Positions 24,271 through 35,745 of a stretch of DNA of 64,000 bases are shown here, one piece after another. Position 1 is the stretch's first letter. The number at the start of each line of letters is the position of its first letter. The stretch lies in NCBI GenBank assembly GCA_016748015.1, contig JAAOMT010000031.1, forward strand, positions 62,001-126,000. Reading direction: 5' to 3'. The DNA is from Geosiphon pyriformis uo1. Lineage: Eukaryota; Fungi; Glomeromycota. The position numbers were made by a program, and so were the translations under genes. The notes beneath the pieces were generated by a model. That model did not search any database. It worked only from the letters and a program-made list of their open reading frames with translations, and was not told the origin of the DNA.

Positions 24271-26108
24271 AGGTAGAGTAGATGTACCAGTCAATATGGC
24301 AGAAAAAGAAATTGTTAACCAAGGGGAAATTATCTCAACGGGTCAAACAATTTTTTCTTCTGCCATATGGCCAGTACATAATAGAGATAAAGTGGGAGGT
24401 AAAAGAACAGAATCAGATTTTTGAAGCAGAACCAACTTTTTGTGAATCAGGAAAGATTGGACTCATCAGTCTTCATATACCAGCCAAAGATTACAGCCAC
24501 ATCAAAATTCTCATCTACAATAACACAGAAAATGTTATAATAATACCAGCCGGAATTACCATTTGATACTTAAGCACTGAAATAGAGGATCAACTACCAA
24601 GCACCATTCCAGACTTTCCACAGCTTTGTGGATATGTCAATATTACATCACAAATGATATATGGACGAAGCAAATGTTATTTGCTTCAATCAGAACAATT
24701 GAAACAAATAAACATGAGAAACTTAGATCCACTCCAATATATGCAACTTAAGATGTTGCTCAACAATTTCAATGACATTTTTGCCAGCAAAAACAAGTTT
24801 GGCCAAACTGACATCATCCAGCATCAGATCAAGACTGGAGATGCAATACTAATTAAACAAAGAGCATACAGAGTACCACCAGCTAGCCATGAAATTATTT
24901 ATTAAGAGATAAACTGAATGCTTAACAATAAGCTAATTCAGCCATCAATGAGCCCATAGTCATCACCAGTGGTACTCGTCTGGAAAAAGAATGGGAAAAT
25001 CTGCTTTTGTATGGATTATAGAAAACTCAATAGAGTAATTCATGGAGATAGCTACCCCATTCCACGGATCCAAGAATTATTCGATGCTTTCAGTAGAAAC
25101 AAATGGTTTTCAACATTAGACCTGAACAGTAGTTACTGGCAAGTAGCCATGAATTCAGCTGACAAAAAAAAGACAGCATTCACCATCAGAGAAAGGAATT
25201 TTGAATTTGAAGTAATGCTATTTGGCTTAACCAACACAACAGCCACTTTCCAATGGCTAATAGAAATTGTTTATACTGGCTTATTGTGGAAATCAGTAGT
25301 TGTATACTTGGACAACACCAATGTATTCTCAAAAACATTTGATGATCATTTTCATCATCCTTAACAAGTGTTCAAAAGACTAAGAAGAGCAGGACTAAAG
25401 TTAAATGCAACAAAGTGTTTTTTCGGCAAGACAGAACTAAAATTCTTGGAACACATAGTCAGCAAAAATGGCATCAAAATGGATCCAGAAAAAATAGAGA
25501 TAGTAAAGAACTTTCCAGTGCCAACCAATATGACAAAACTGAAATCATTCTTGGGATTCGCCAGCTACTATCAATGTTTTATCAAAAACTTTTCCAAGAT
25601 AGCACAGCCACTTAACCAACTGCAAACCAAGAATACAAAATATGAATAGACAGAAAGTCAACAAGAAGCTTTTGATATTCTAAAAAGAAAGCTCATTCAA
25701 GCTCCAGTACTGATCTATTCAGATCACAGCAAACTATTCATTATCATCACTAATGCATCCAGCCAAGCATTGGGAGCGGTACTATCTCAGAGAGAACCAG
25801 ATGACAGAGAACATCCAATAGCATATGCCAGCAGAGATTTAACACCAGCCAAAAAGAACTATAGAACACTGGAACAAAAATACTTAGCAATATACTAGAC
25901 AGTCATGAAATAGAAAAAATACTTGAGCCAAAAGTTTGAAGTATACACAGATCACAAAGGATTAACATCACTTCAAAAACAAGAATTTGGAGATGGAAGA
26001 CAGTTAAGATGGAAAATGGCACTCATATCATATAATTATACTATACATTATAAAAAGAGAAAAGACAATGGAAATGCTGATGGTTTGTCACAAATAAAAC
26101 AAATCTAA
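24271..26108 (+). pseudogene. Post-dUTPase linker, RT and RNase H (inverted block of the minus-strand element)
   Basis: DYRKLN, LDLNSSYWQV, YLDN, YTDHKGL, NADGLS motifs. Stop at 26106-26108. Confidence 0.9.
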
Positions 26109-26170
26109 GAACATTTCAACCCAAAAATATAACAAAACCAGAACAATACTAACAAAAAATATAACAAAAG

Positions 26171-27466
26171 ATGAACATATAAAAATATTAACAACTGCAA
26201 CATTATATAAACACTCAACAGTTCAAGGAAAATTTATCTCAAACAAAACAAAAGAGTATCAAACAACAATCAAAATATTTTATCATTTACCAAAATATAC
26301 TTTATCGGAAAAATAGAAGAAATCTAGAGCAACCAACCAGAGTAATTATAGAGCCAAAAAAAGAGACAATATTATTCAACATGCACTCAAATCCAACAAC
26401 AGGACACTTTCACAAAAAAGCAACCATGGAAAGAACCAGAAAAAAATACTATTGGCCATTAATATATCCAGACATCATCCAATATGTTCAAAATTGTGAT
26501 GCTTGTCAGCAAAGAGAAGATACAAAACCCAGTGAACCATTAAGATCAATCAAAGTGGGACAACCATTCGACTGTATTGGAATTGATTTAGTCAGACCAT
26601 TAACAATCACCAGCAGAGGAAACAGATACATAGCAGTAGCCATAAACTATCTCACTAAATGGCCAGAGACAAAAGCAATTCAAAGAGCAGATGCAGAATC
26701 CATTGCCGAATTTGTTCATCAAGATTTAATTTGTTAACATGGATGTCCAAAGGAATTATTATCAGACCAAGGAACTTAATTTTGTGAACAGAACATTAAC
26801 AGAATTGAGCCAAAGATTCGGAATTAAGAGACCACTATCATCACCATACCATCCACAAACCAATGGATTAGTTAAAAAATTCAACAGAACATTGTGTAAA
26901 GCAATAGCTAAGCTCAGCCAAGAAAACCAGAACAATTGGGATTTGTTGATACCATCAGTACTATTTGCTTATTGGATAATAAAACAAAATACTACACAAG
27001 CAACACCATTTGAATTAGTATATGGTAGAACAGCAACACTACCAGTGGAAATAGAAGTCAGCACATATCCAACTGAACCAATAACAGAAGAGAATTTCAA
27101 AAACACATTGTTGAGAAGAACATATAACTTAATGGAAACATTAAAAAACAAACAATGAAGAGCAGTTGATAATATACAAAGGTCACAAGAGAAACAAAAA
27201 GAAAGACATGATAACCAACTACCAGATAAACCAGTTGAATTCAAGATTGAAGACAAAATACTATTACATTGTACCAAAGTGGAAAAACAATGGAGTGGAA
27301 AATTTGACCCCAAATGGGATGGACCATTTTACATAGAAGAAATTCTAGGAAATAGAGCTTACAAATTAAGATTGAATAACAAAATCTTGACCAAAGCAGC
27401 ACATGGAAATTGACTGAAACCATATTACCATATAGTGTCATCATCTATCAGTAATATTCCACAATT
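26171..27466 (+). pseudogene. Integrase ORF (inverted block)
   Basis: ATG 26171. MH..GHF..YYW..CDAC, SPYHPQTNG, KWDGPF. Confidence 0.9.
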
Positions 27467-27842
27467 ATCGATTCAAATCTCTATATTCCTTTCGCTGTTA
27501 TTCCTAATTCCTTCTTCTTTTTCACTAATACTAACTGAGCTACTTTAATCAGAGGCAGGAATATTGCCTGTGCTATCTTTTCATTGAGCTCTATTATATA
27601 AGTCTTTTCTGAGTCATTTTGTAGTATAGTGATAATATTTCTTACATATCCTGTGTCAATTATTCCTCCTCTTATATTAATCTCTCTTTTTGCTAGACTA
27701 CTTCTAGATGCTAATTGAACTATTGTTGTTGTCAAAATTTCTAGTGCTATTTTCAAATCAAGGCAGATGCATAAATGTGGTTCCAATTTGATGGCATTTT
27801 TTCCTGGATACCTCAGATTAAACCTGGCATCAGTATTATGTG
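27467..27842 (-). pseudogene. dUTPase domain
   Basis: DARFNL (from DAGFDL), ASRSSLA, GGIIDTGY, KIAQ motifs. Confidence 0.88.
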
Positions 27843-29902
27843 GAGTGGCCTGATGTTATATTAACTGAATTTTGGAGTGGTGTCTGAATTGATTGGAATT
27901 GATAGATTACTTGTGGCTGCAGTTGATATATTACGGATGGCTATGGTTGATATATTGCTGGTGGCTGTGGTTAATAAACTGGAGTCTAATATACTGGTGC
28001 TTGGTAAATTGGCTGCTGCATCATTGGCAGGTAAGTGTTTTGATATTGTTCCTGATTTTGTTAATATCTCGGAATTTGAAATTAGTGATCGGAGTTTCTA
28101 TATTGATTTTCCGATCGCTGGTGGTTATAAGTATTGCAGTTTGCTCTGATGTGCCTTTGTTTACCACAGTTGTGGCAGACATGCATTTCTGGCTGCCACT
28201 GCTGATTGGCTGATGTTGAGAAATGCACTTGATTTTGAGAACAATTGTAGTTTCCTGAATTGCTGTGTCGTTGAGGTGGTTGATAAATTGCACAATTGTC
28301 AGCTAAGTATCCTTCTAATTTTTAATTAATTGAATCACTGAATTGTTTCAATTTGAAGTCCAATTCAGATGATCCATTCATCACTAGATTAACGGCTTGG
28401 ACATAGTTGGCCTTGGATTCAGCTGATTCAAAATCTTTAGTGCGTGTGACTGCATCTTGAAGAGTGTCTGAATGCAACAGACATACATGTTGCAAGATGC
28501 TGCTGCACAGGCCATAGATAAACTGGTTGAGAATCTGTGGCGCTGTGAAATAGTTGGCGTTAATTGTCTGAATTTGGCATAGATTTCTATGGAAGTGTCT
28601 CAGGTAAGTAGTGACTGCTTCAGTTTCTCCTTGCTTCATGGTAGTAAATGTATTGACTAGGTGGTTGATACTATTATTGTTGCTAAAGTATCTTAAAAAT
28701 TCTACTTTGAAGGCATTAAAGTCTTGTGGTTTATTGATCAAGCTCTAATACTATGAATTGGTGGTATCTTTGAGACAATAGGAAATGGCTTGTATTGCTC
28801 AGGTGTTATTCCATCCGTTGGTTGTAATGGTTTTTTCCACATCATTCAGCCATACTTGAGCATCATCTTCTTCGCTGGTAAAATTATCCAGTTTCGCAAT
28901 TGGTGCATAAACCATTGGATCTAAGTTGGGTGGTTGTGGTGGCTGTTAAAGTAGTTGTTGATTTTGTTGAGATGGTAGTTGAAGTGGCTGCTGTATAGAT
29001 TTGGCTATTAGATCAATTGGTGGTTAATTAATAACAATTACCGGAGGTAAGTTTGGTTGATTAATTAGATTGGGGTTTTGATTATCCTGAGTTGGCAGTG
29101 TCTGAATATTCGGAGTTTCAACTTCCGAATTTACTGAATTTAAATTTTGCTAGTTTTGAAGATTTGGGGTTTCAAATTCCGGGTTTTCAGTAATCAGGTT
29201 CTGGTAAGTGAATTCTTAATCCTCAGTTTCTTCTTCTTCCTCTTCTTCTGATTTCATTGCCTCTTACGGATCAGAGATTCCAAAATCTGGTGGAAGTAGC
29301 AGTGATTGAATTCCTGATGGCATTGGTAATCACAATTTAAATCTCTCAAAATATTCACCATATAGTTCTAATAACTTCGCTTTCTTTTGTTTACTTTGGA
29401 ATGAAAATTGTCCAAATGTTGATGTCGCGTTTGGTGTGGATGCACTTGCAGATAAAATATTGATAGTGCTTCCAGGTGTGTGATAATATGATGAATATGG
29501 TGGAGATTCAATTCTTTGTTTCTTCTGGGTTGGTAGTTGTATCTCTTTAGGCGTTACTGCTGGTGTTTGTAATCTTTTTTTGCCTTTATCTGCGTAGGTG
29601 ATAGGAAATTGTTGTTGAGTATACCTTTTAATAGTTTGGTTGATTTCTTTGATTATTGGTGCAAAACTATAGTTCCTTGGTAAATTGGTGTGTTGGAATA
29701 ATTCTGTGTAAAAGTTTTCTCTTACTGCTTCAATGTTAACTGTTCCTCCTAAACATTCAGTGATTTTGTCATTGACATAGAAGTTGAAGACTGATTCGGC
29801 TGGATAATAATTACTGTTTAATCCTAATTGTTGGCTGTATTGTTGAAACAAGAATTTCGTGAATCCTAAATGGTTTGCTCCTATATTTTCTGATTTTGCC
29901 AC
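27843..29902 (-). pseudogene. gag: gag, family B
   Basis: ORFs 29330-29902 (GTG start) and 28322-28741. CCHC knuckle near 28135-28175. Confidence 0.9.
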
Positions 29903-29964
29903 TTTTGGTTTGTTTTTGTTGGTGGTAGTTCTCTGTAGAATTATACCTTACAGAGAGCACCAAA

Positions 29965-30851
29965 TGTTACAGGTGAGTCTTTGGGGTGTCGAGTAAATAA
30001 CAAACCTGTAACTTGGTGCACAAAGCGATTGGTGACAAAGATAATCTGAAGGTATTTTATCTGAAGATTTTCCAATTGAGTTCTTTGTATAATGAACAGA
30101 GATTCAATGGTAACAGTTTATCAGTAGTTTCCTGAAACTGTAGTTTTGTCGATTGTTTGCTCAGTTTGATAGTTGATGATTCTCCTTGTATGATATTCTC
30201 CGTAAGTATATACCAATACTGTTTCTTAATGTCAGTTCCTCTGTAAGTCCTCCAAGAGTAAGTATTGTTTAAGCAAGTTTATTCTTCTATAAGTCCTCCA
30301 AGAGTAAGTATTGTTTAAGCAAGTTTATTTCTTCATAAGTCCTCCAAGAGTAAATCCTTTAATCAAGTTAGTAGACAACAAAGAAAATAAAGAAAGATAA
30401 AAGAGAAAATAAAAAATAAGCCAAGACGATTTGCAAGTTAGTATCCTATTAATAGCTGTGATCAAGAGCTATTGTTCTAGTATGGTTAAGTATCTGTTAC
30501 TATCAACATAAAGTGTTAATAGTGAAGAATAAATTTAATATAGTGAAATAATTATTTATTTAAGAATTGTGGTAACTAAGCTAAGGATTTTTGGTGTCCA
30601 TTCTGTCTTTTTTGCTTCTAATGCTACTGCTATATATACATATTTGAGATTCTTTAATTCCTCAATTCCTTGTAACAGGAATCCTGGAATTCCTGATGAG
30701 AGGAATCCTGGAATTCTGGAATCCTGTTATTTCTTGTTGGAGAATCCTGAAATTCCTGGAATCTTGGAATTCTATATTTACTATGTCTATATCTGATTGG
30801 CTAATATCTACTGACTAATAATACTATATTTTCTATATTCTATAACTAACA
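29965..30851 (-). repeat. 5' LTR (B)
   Basis: Adjacent PBS. Contains a ~46-bp tandem duplication at ~30244-30350. Confidence 0.92.
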
Positions 30852-33800
30852 GTGTATCAAGTCTTGTGGACCAACGAAGAACATAACAAGCTGCTGCCAA
30901 TACTCTTATGGAACGACAACAGCAAAGGAAAACAGAAAAAAACAGAACCTACCTGGAATGCAGACCAAGTCTGAAACACTGACCATGACTTAGAAGAACC
31001 ACCAATTTGGGAATGAGATAAGAGAGAAAAAGAGAAAGAAAAAGTGAAGAAAGAGGAGCCACTACCAACTGCCAGTTACACCCCTTATACATACACACTA
31101 CCACAATTATTGAGCTATTGTCAACCAAAGCTAATATGTGTCAATTGTGACAAGAAATTGTTGTCAATGAATGCATGCTGTGATAATAATGAGGAATATG
31201 CAACAGCAACCCAATTCTACTGCCATGCATGTGTCATAGAACACTTTGGAAGACCAAATTGAGTGGAGAAATAGAACAATACACCATGTTTAGCTTGTGA
31301 AGAGACACTCTTGGACGAAGAAATATGGAACAACATTCCTGGTCGAGGAGGAACATATAACACTTTGTGCCAGTACACAATTCTCATCAGTGATTGGGTT
31401 AGGAAAGGGACACCTATAAAAGCTGCCTGGAAAAGAGCAGTACGATGATTGAACATTTGTCCACATGACGATAATGAAATCTGGAGAATGGCCCTCACCA
31501 AAATTCAAGGAGCATCACCTGAAGAAATCAAAGAAGTTAAGAACAACCCACCAGAACCCTTAGAACTTGATTGGGATGAAGAACTGGTCATAAATCTCCT
31601 AAAACCAGAAGAGTTTCATGAACATTATCAAACTTTGGCACCTACAAGAGAAGAACAAGAACAACATTTGGCCCAAATAAACACCAGACTATGTAACTAC
31701 TGTTTGATCCCATGTGATTTCCAATATTGTAATGAGTGTGACCTCATTTACAATCTATCACCATGTATAATCTACACAATCCCAAAGGAAGAAAAACCAA
31801 TCAACAGCTGTACATCAAAATCAGAATCAATTTTTAATCCCAATTCCAACTCTGACAATGAAGACGATGAAAACACTGGTTCCAGTTCTGTGCAATATGG
31901 CAACAAGAATATCAACAATTCAGACTCTGACCTGAACCCCGAAATATACATAGTGCTTCCTAATCTCTCTAAAGAGCAGGAACTCAAATGGTATAGTGAC
32001 AATAATGAGGGTATTATGTCAGAATGCACACATAATACTGATGCAGGATTTGATCTAAGATATCCCAGAAAAGATGCCATCAAATTGAAACCACATTTAC
32101 GCACCTGCATTGATCTGAAGGTAGCATTGAAAATTCCAGCAACAATCATGGTTCAACTAGCATCTAGAAGTAGTTTAGCAAAAAAAGAGATTAATATAAG
32201 AGGAGGAATAATTGACACAAGATATATAAGAAATATCATCACCATGCTACAAAATAACTCTGAAAAGGCCTATATTATAGAGCCAAACGAGAAGATAGCA
32301 CAGGCAATATTCTTGCCTATGGTTAAAATAGCTCAGTTAGTTTCAGTGGAAAATAAGAAAAAATTAGAAATAACTATGAAAGAGATACAGAAATTCAGAT
32401 CCACAGATAGAATAGACATATCAGTCAATATGACAAAGGAAGAAATTATTGGCCAAGGAGAAATTATCTCAATGAGTCAAACAATTTCCATTCCACCATA
32501 TGACCAGTACATATTAGCAATAGAAAGAAAGGTGAAGAATCAGGCACAAATTTTTGAAGCAGAAACAAGCCTTTGTGAAACAGGAGAAGTTGAACTTATT
32601 AATCTACACATACTAGCCAAGAACCACAACCATATCAAAATTCCCATCTACAACAATACAGGAAATGTTGTGAAGATACCAAAAGAAACCACTCTCGGAT
32701 ATTTGACCACTGAAATTGAGGATCAACTACCAAGCACCATTTCAGACTTTCCACAATTGTGTGAATATGTGGATATTATGTCACAAACAATCTATAGACA
32801 GAACAAATGTTATTTGTTACAACCAGAGCAGCTAGAGCAAATAAACATGAGAAATCTAGATCCACTTCAACAGATGCAACTAAAAATGTTACTCAATAAT
32901 TTTAATAACATCTTTGCCAGTGAAACAAATTTGGCAGAACTGATATTATCCAACACCAGATCAAAACTAGAGATACAATGCCAATTAAACAAAGAGCATA
33001 CAGAGTACCACCAGCAAGCCATAAGATTATCTGTCAAGAGATCAATAGAATGCTTGACAATGGGCTAATCCAGCCATTAATGAGCCCATGGTCATCATCA
33101 GTAGTACTTGTCCAGAAGAAGAATAGAAAGATCAGATTTTGTGTAGACTACAGAAAACTCAATAGAGTCACTTATGGAGACAGTTATCCAACTCCACAGA
33201 TCCAAGAGTTATTTGATGCTTTTGGAGGAAACAAATGGTTTACTACATTGGACTTGGCTAGCAGTTATTGGCAAGTAACCATGGATCCAGCCAACAAAGA
33301 GAAAATGACATTCATTACAAAAGAAGGGAATTTTGAATTTGAAGTAATGCCATTTGGCTTAACCAATGCTCTAGCAACCTTCCAATGGCTAATGGAAATT
33401 GTGTACACTGGTTTATTGTGGAAATTAGTATTTGTGTACTTGGACAACACCAATGTATTCTCAAGAACATTTGATGATCATCTCCATTATTTTCAACAAG
33501 TATTTGAAAGACTACGACAAGCAAAGTTAAAGCTAAATGCTACTAAGTGCTTCTTTGGCAAAACAGAACTGAAGTTTCTGAGACATATAGTCAGCAAAGA
33601 CAGTATCAAGACAGACCCAGACAAGATAGAAATAGTAAAGAACTTTTTAGTACTAACCAATATGACCGAACTAAAATCATTCTTGGGATTTGCAAGCTAT
33701 TATCATCACTTCATCAAAAACTTTTCTAAAATAGCTTAGCCACTCAACCATCTACAAACCAAGAATGTGAAATATGAATGGACGGAAATACAACAAAAAG

Positions 33801-34240
33801 CTTTTGACATTTTAAGAGGAAAGCTCATTCAAGCACTAGTATTGATCTATCCAGATCACAACAAATCATTCATCATTACTACTGATGCATCAGGTCAAGC
33901 ATTGGGAGCAGTACTATCTTAGAGAAGATTGGATGGAAGAGAACATCCAGTAGCATTTGTCAGCCGAGGCTTAATACCAGCCAAAAAGAACTATAGAACA
34001 CTGGAACAAGAACACTTAGTGATATACTGGGCAGTCATTAAATGGAAAGAATACTTGAGCCAGAAGTTTAAAGTGTATACAGATCACAAAGGATTAACAT
34101 CACTCCAAAAACAAGAATTTAGAGATGGAAGACAGTCAAGATGGAAAATGACACTTGCACCATATACTTATACCATACATTATAAAAAGGGAAAAAACAA
34201 TGAAAATGCCAATGGTTTGTTGCGAATGAGACAAATCTAA
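30852..34240 (+). pseudogene. Cys-rich region, dUTPase, RT and RNase H of element 18863-46838
   Basis: ORF 31449-33068 (DAGFDL, ASRSSLA, GGIID), 32978-33739 (RT), 33929-34240 (RNase H). Confidence 0.92.
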
Positions 34241-34301
34241 GAACATTTCAACCCAAAAATATAACAAAACCAAAACAATACTCACAAAAATATAACAAAA
34301 G

Positions 34302-34706
34302 ATGAATACACAAAAATATTAACAACTTCAACATTATATAGATACTTAACAGTTCAAGAAGAAATTATCTCAACTGGAACAAAAGAGGATCAAACAACAA
34401 TCCAAATATTTTATTACTCACCAAAATATACTTTATCAAAAAAATAGAAAAGATTCAGATCAACCAACCAGAGTAATTACAAAACCAGAAAAAGAAACAA
34501 TACTATTCAATATGCACTTAGATCTAGCTGCAGAACATTTTTATAAAGAAACAACCATAGAAAGAACCAAAAAGAGATACTATTGGCCATCAATGTATTC
34601 AGACATCATCTAATATATGCAAAATTGTGATGCTTGTCAAAAAAGAGAAGGAACAAGACTCAAAAAACCATTGAGACCAATCAAAGTGAGACAACTATTT
34701 GACTGC
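34302..34706 (+). pseudogene. Integrase N-terminal part (resumes at 44300)
   Basis: ATG 34302, HHCC region. Interrupted at FDR by the family A insertion. Confidence 0.88.
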
Positions 34707-35699
34707 TGTTATCAGACAAAATTAGAGATATTGTTTAGCATAAAATTACCCTTATAAATCTTATCATTAATTAGCATATATTATCATTTCAAATTATTAC
34801 TTATTACATTAGCAGAATATCCAAAATTATCATTTAATTAATAATTCAATTTGTACATAACACAAATGTAACCTAATTGTGATGATCAATCATGCAATAC
34901 CCTGAACTATGTAAACATTCAAAAAGTTTGCCAAAATTTGTAAGAAATTTGCTGAAATAATTGATAGTTTGCCGAAATATCTAATAGTTCATAGAAATAA
35001 CTTGTAGTTCGCCGAAATGTATCTTTAGTTCAGCAAAATTATAGAAAATAGCAAAGTTCAAGTTCATAGAATAGTGTTATGACAAGTTGTATAAAAGAAG
35101 AGCTTCTCTCTTTGAAGAAATATATTTTGTTTCAGATTCAATAATTAGAATCATCTTTTACACCCAAGAAACAAAATAAATATCAAATAAATTCGAAAAA
35201 AAAAACCAAATTTTTAATTATTTCCCTTGAAATTAACCAATTCCTACTAACAGTTTGAAATTGATTAGCTACCAATTTCAGTAGACTGTTAAAACACTTC
35301 CAGGCCTGGATCTGAAATGACTTCCATAAAATCATCAGTTTTACTTTTTTTTTACATTTCTTTTATTCTCTTCTTTTTCTTATTATAAATTATTTGGATA
35401 GCCTACAGATAAGAATTCTTGTAGAAGAATTGACTTTCACAGCAAAGTAACTACACATTTTTAGTGAGCTTCCAGACAAGCAATTTCTGGGAAAGAGTTG
35501 ACATTTAATACAATGTAACTATACAAGTAACTGGCATGAAATTGGCCATTTCACTTATAAGCCCAGCAGTTCAAATTATAGGAGATAATTTGAAGATAAA
35601 TTCAGTTACTGGAGGTTCAACCACATCCAGAAAACGTGAATTCACAGCAAACAGACATCAACAACATTGAAGAAAAGAGACCAAAAACCTCTGGTAACA
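34707..35699 (+). repeat. 5' LTR, family A
   Basis: TGTTATCAG...CTGGTAACA. ~20-bp U3 tandem repeats, TATAAAA ~35090. Confidence 0.95.
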
Positions 35700-35745
35700 T
35701 TTGGTGCTCTTCCACAGAAACAACACAGCAAAAAACAAATTTAAA

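Larger units (their letters stand above)
22621..30851 (-). mobile_element. Family B element with an internal ~2-kb deletion and a 3.2-kb inversion
   Basis: LTRs 22621-23486 and 29965-30851. PBS 29945-29962, PPT 23487-23499. TSD GCAT/GTGT. Confidence 0.92.

Noticed and set aside
31772-32149. Antisense ORFs in the ORF track (also 7403, 8126, 26969, 47123 and others)
   Set aside because: Shadow frames of the A-rich coding strand, with boundaries not conserved between copies.
31449-33068. Host dUTPase gene or other intact cellular gene (539-aa ORF)
   Set aside because: It is an internal fragment of the retroelement polyprotein bounded by decay stops and a frameshift, with mutated motifs.
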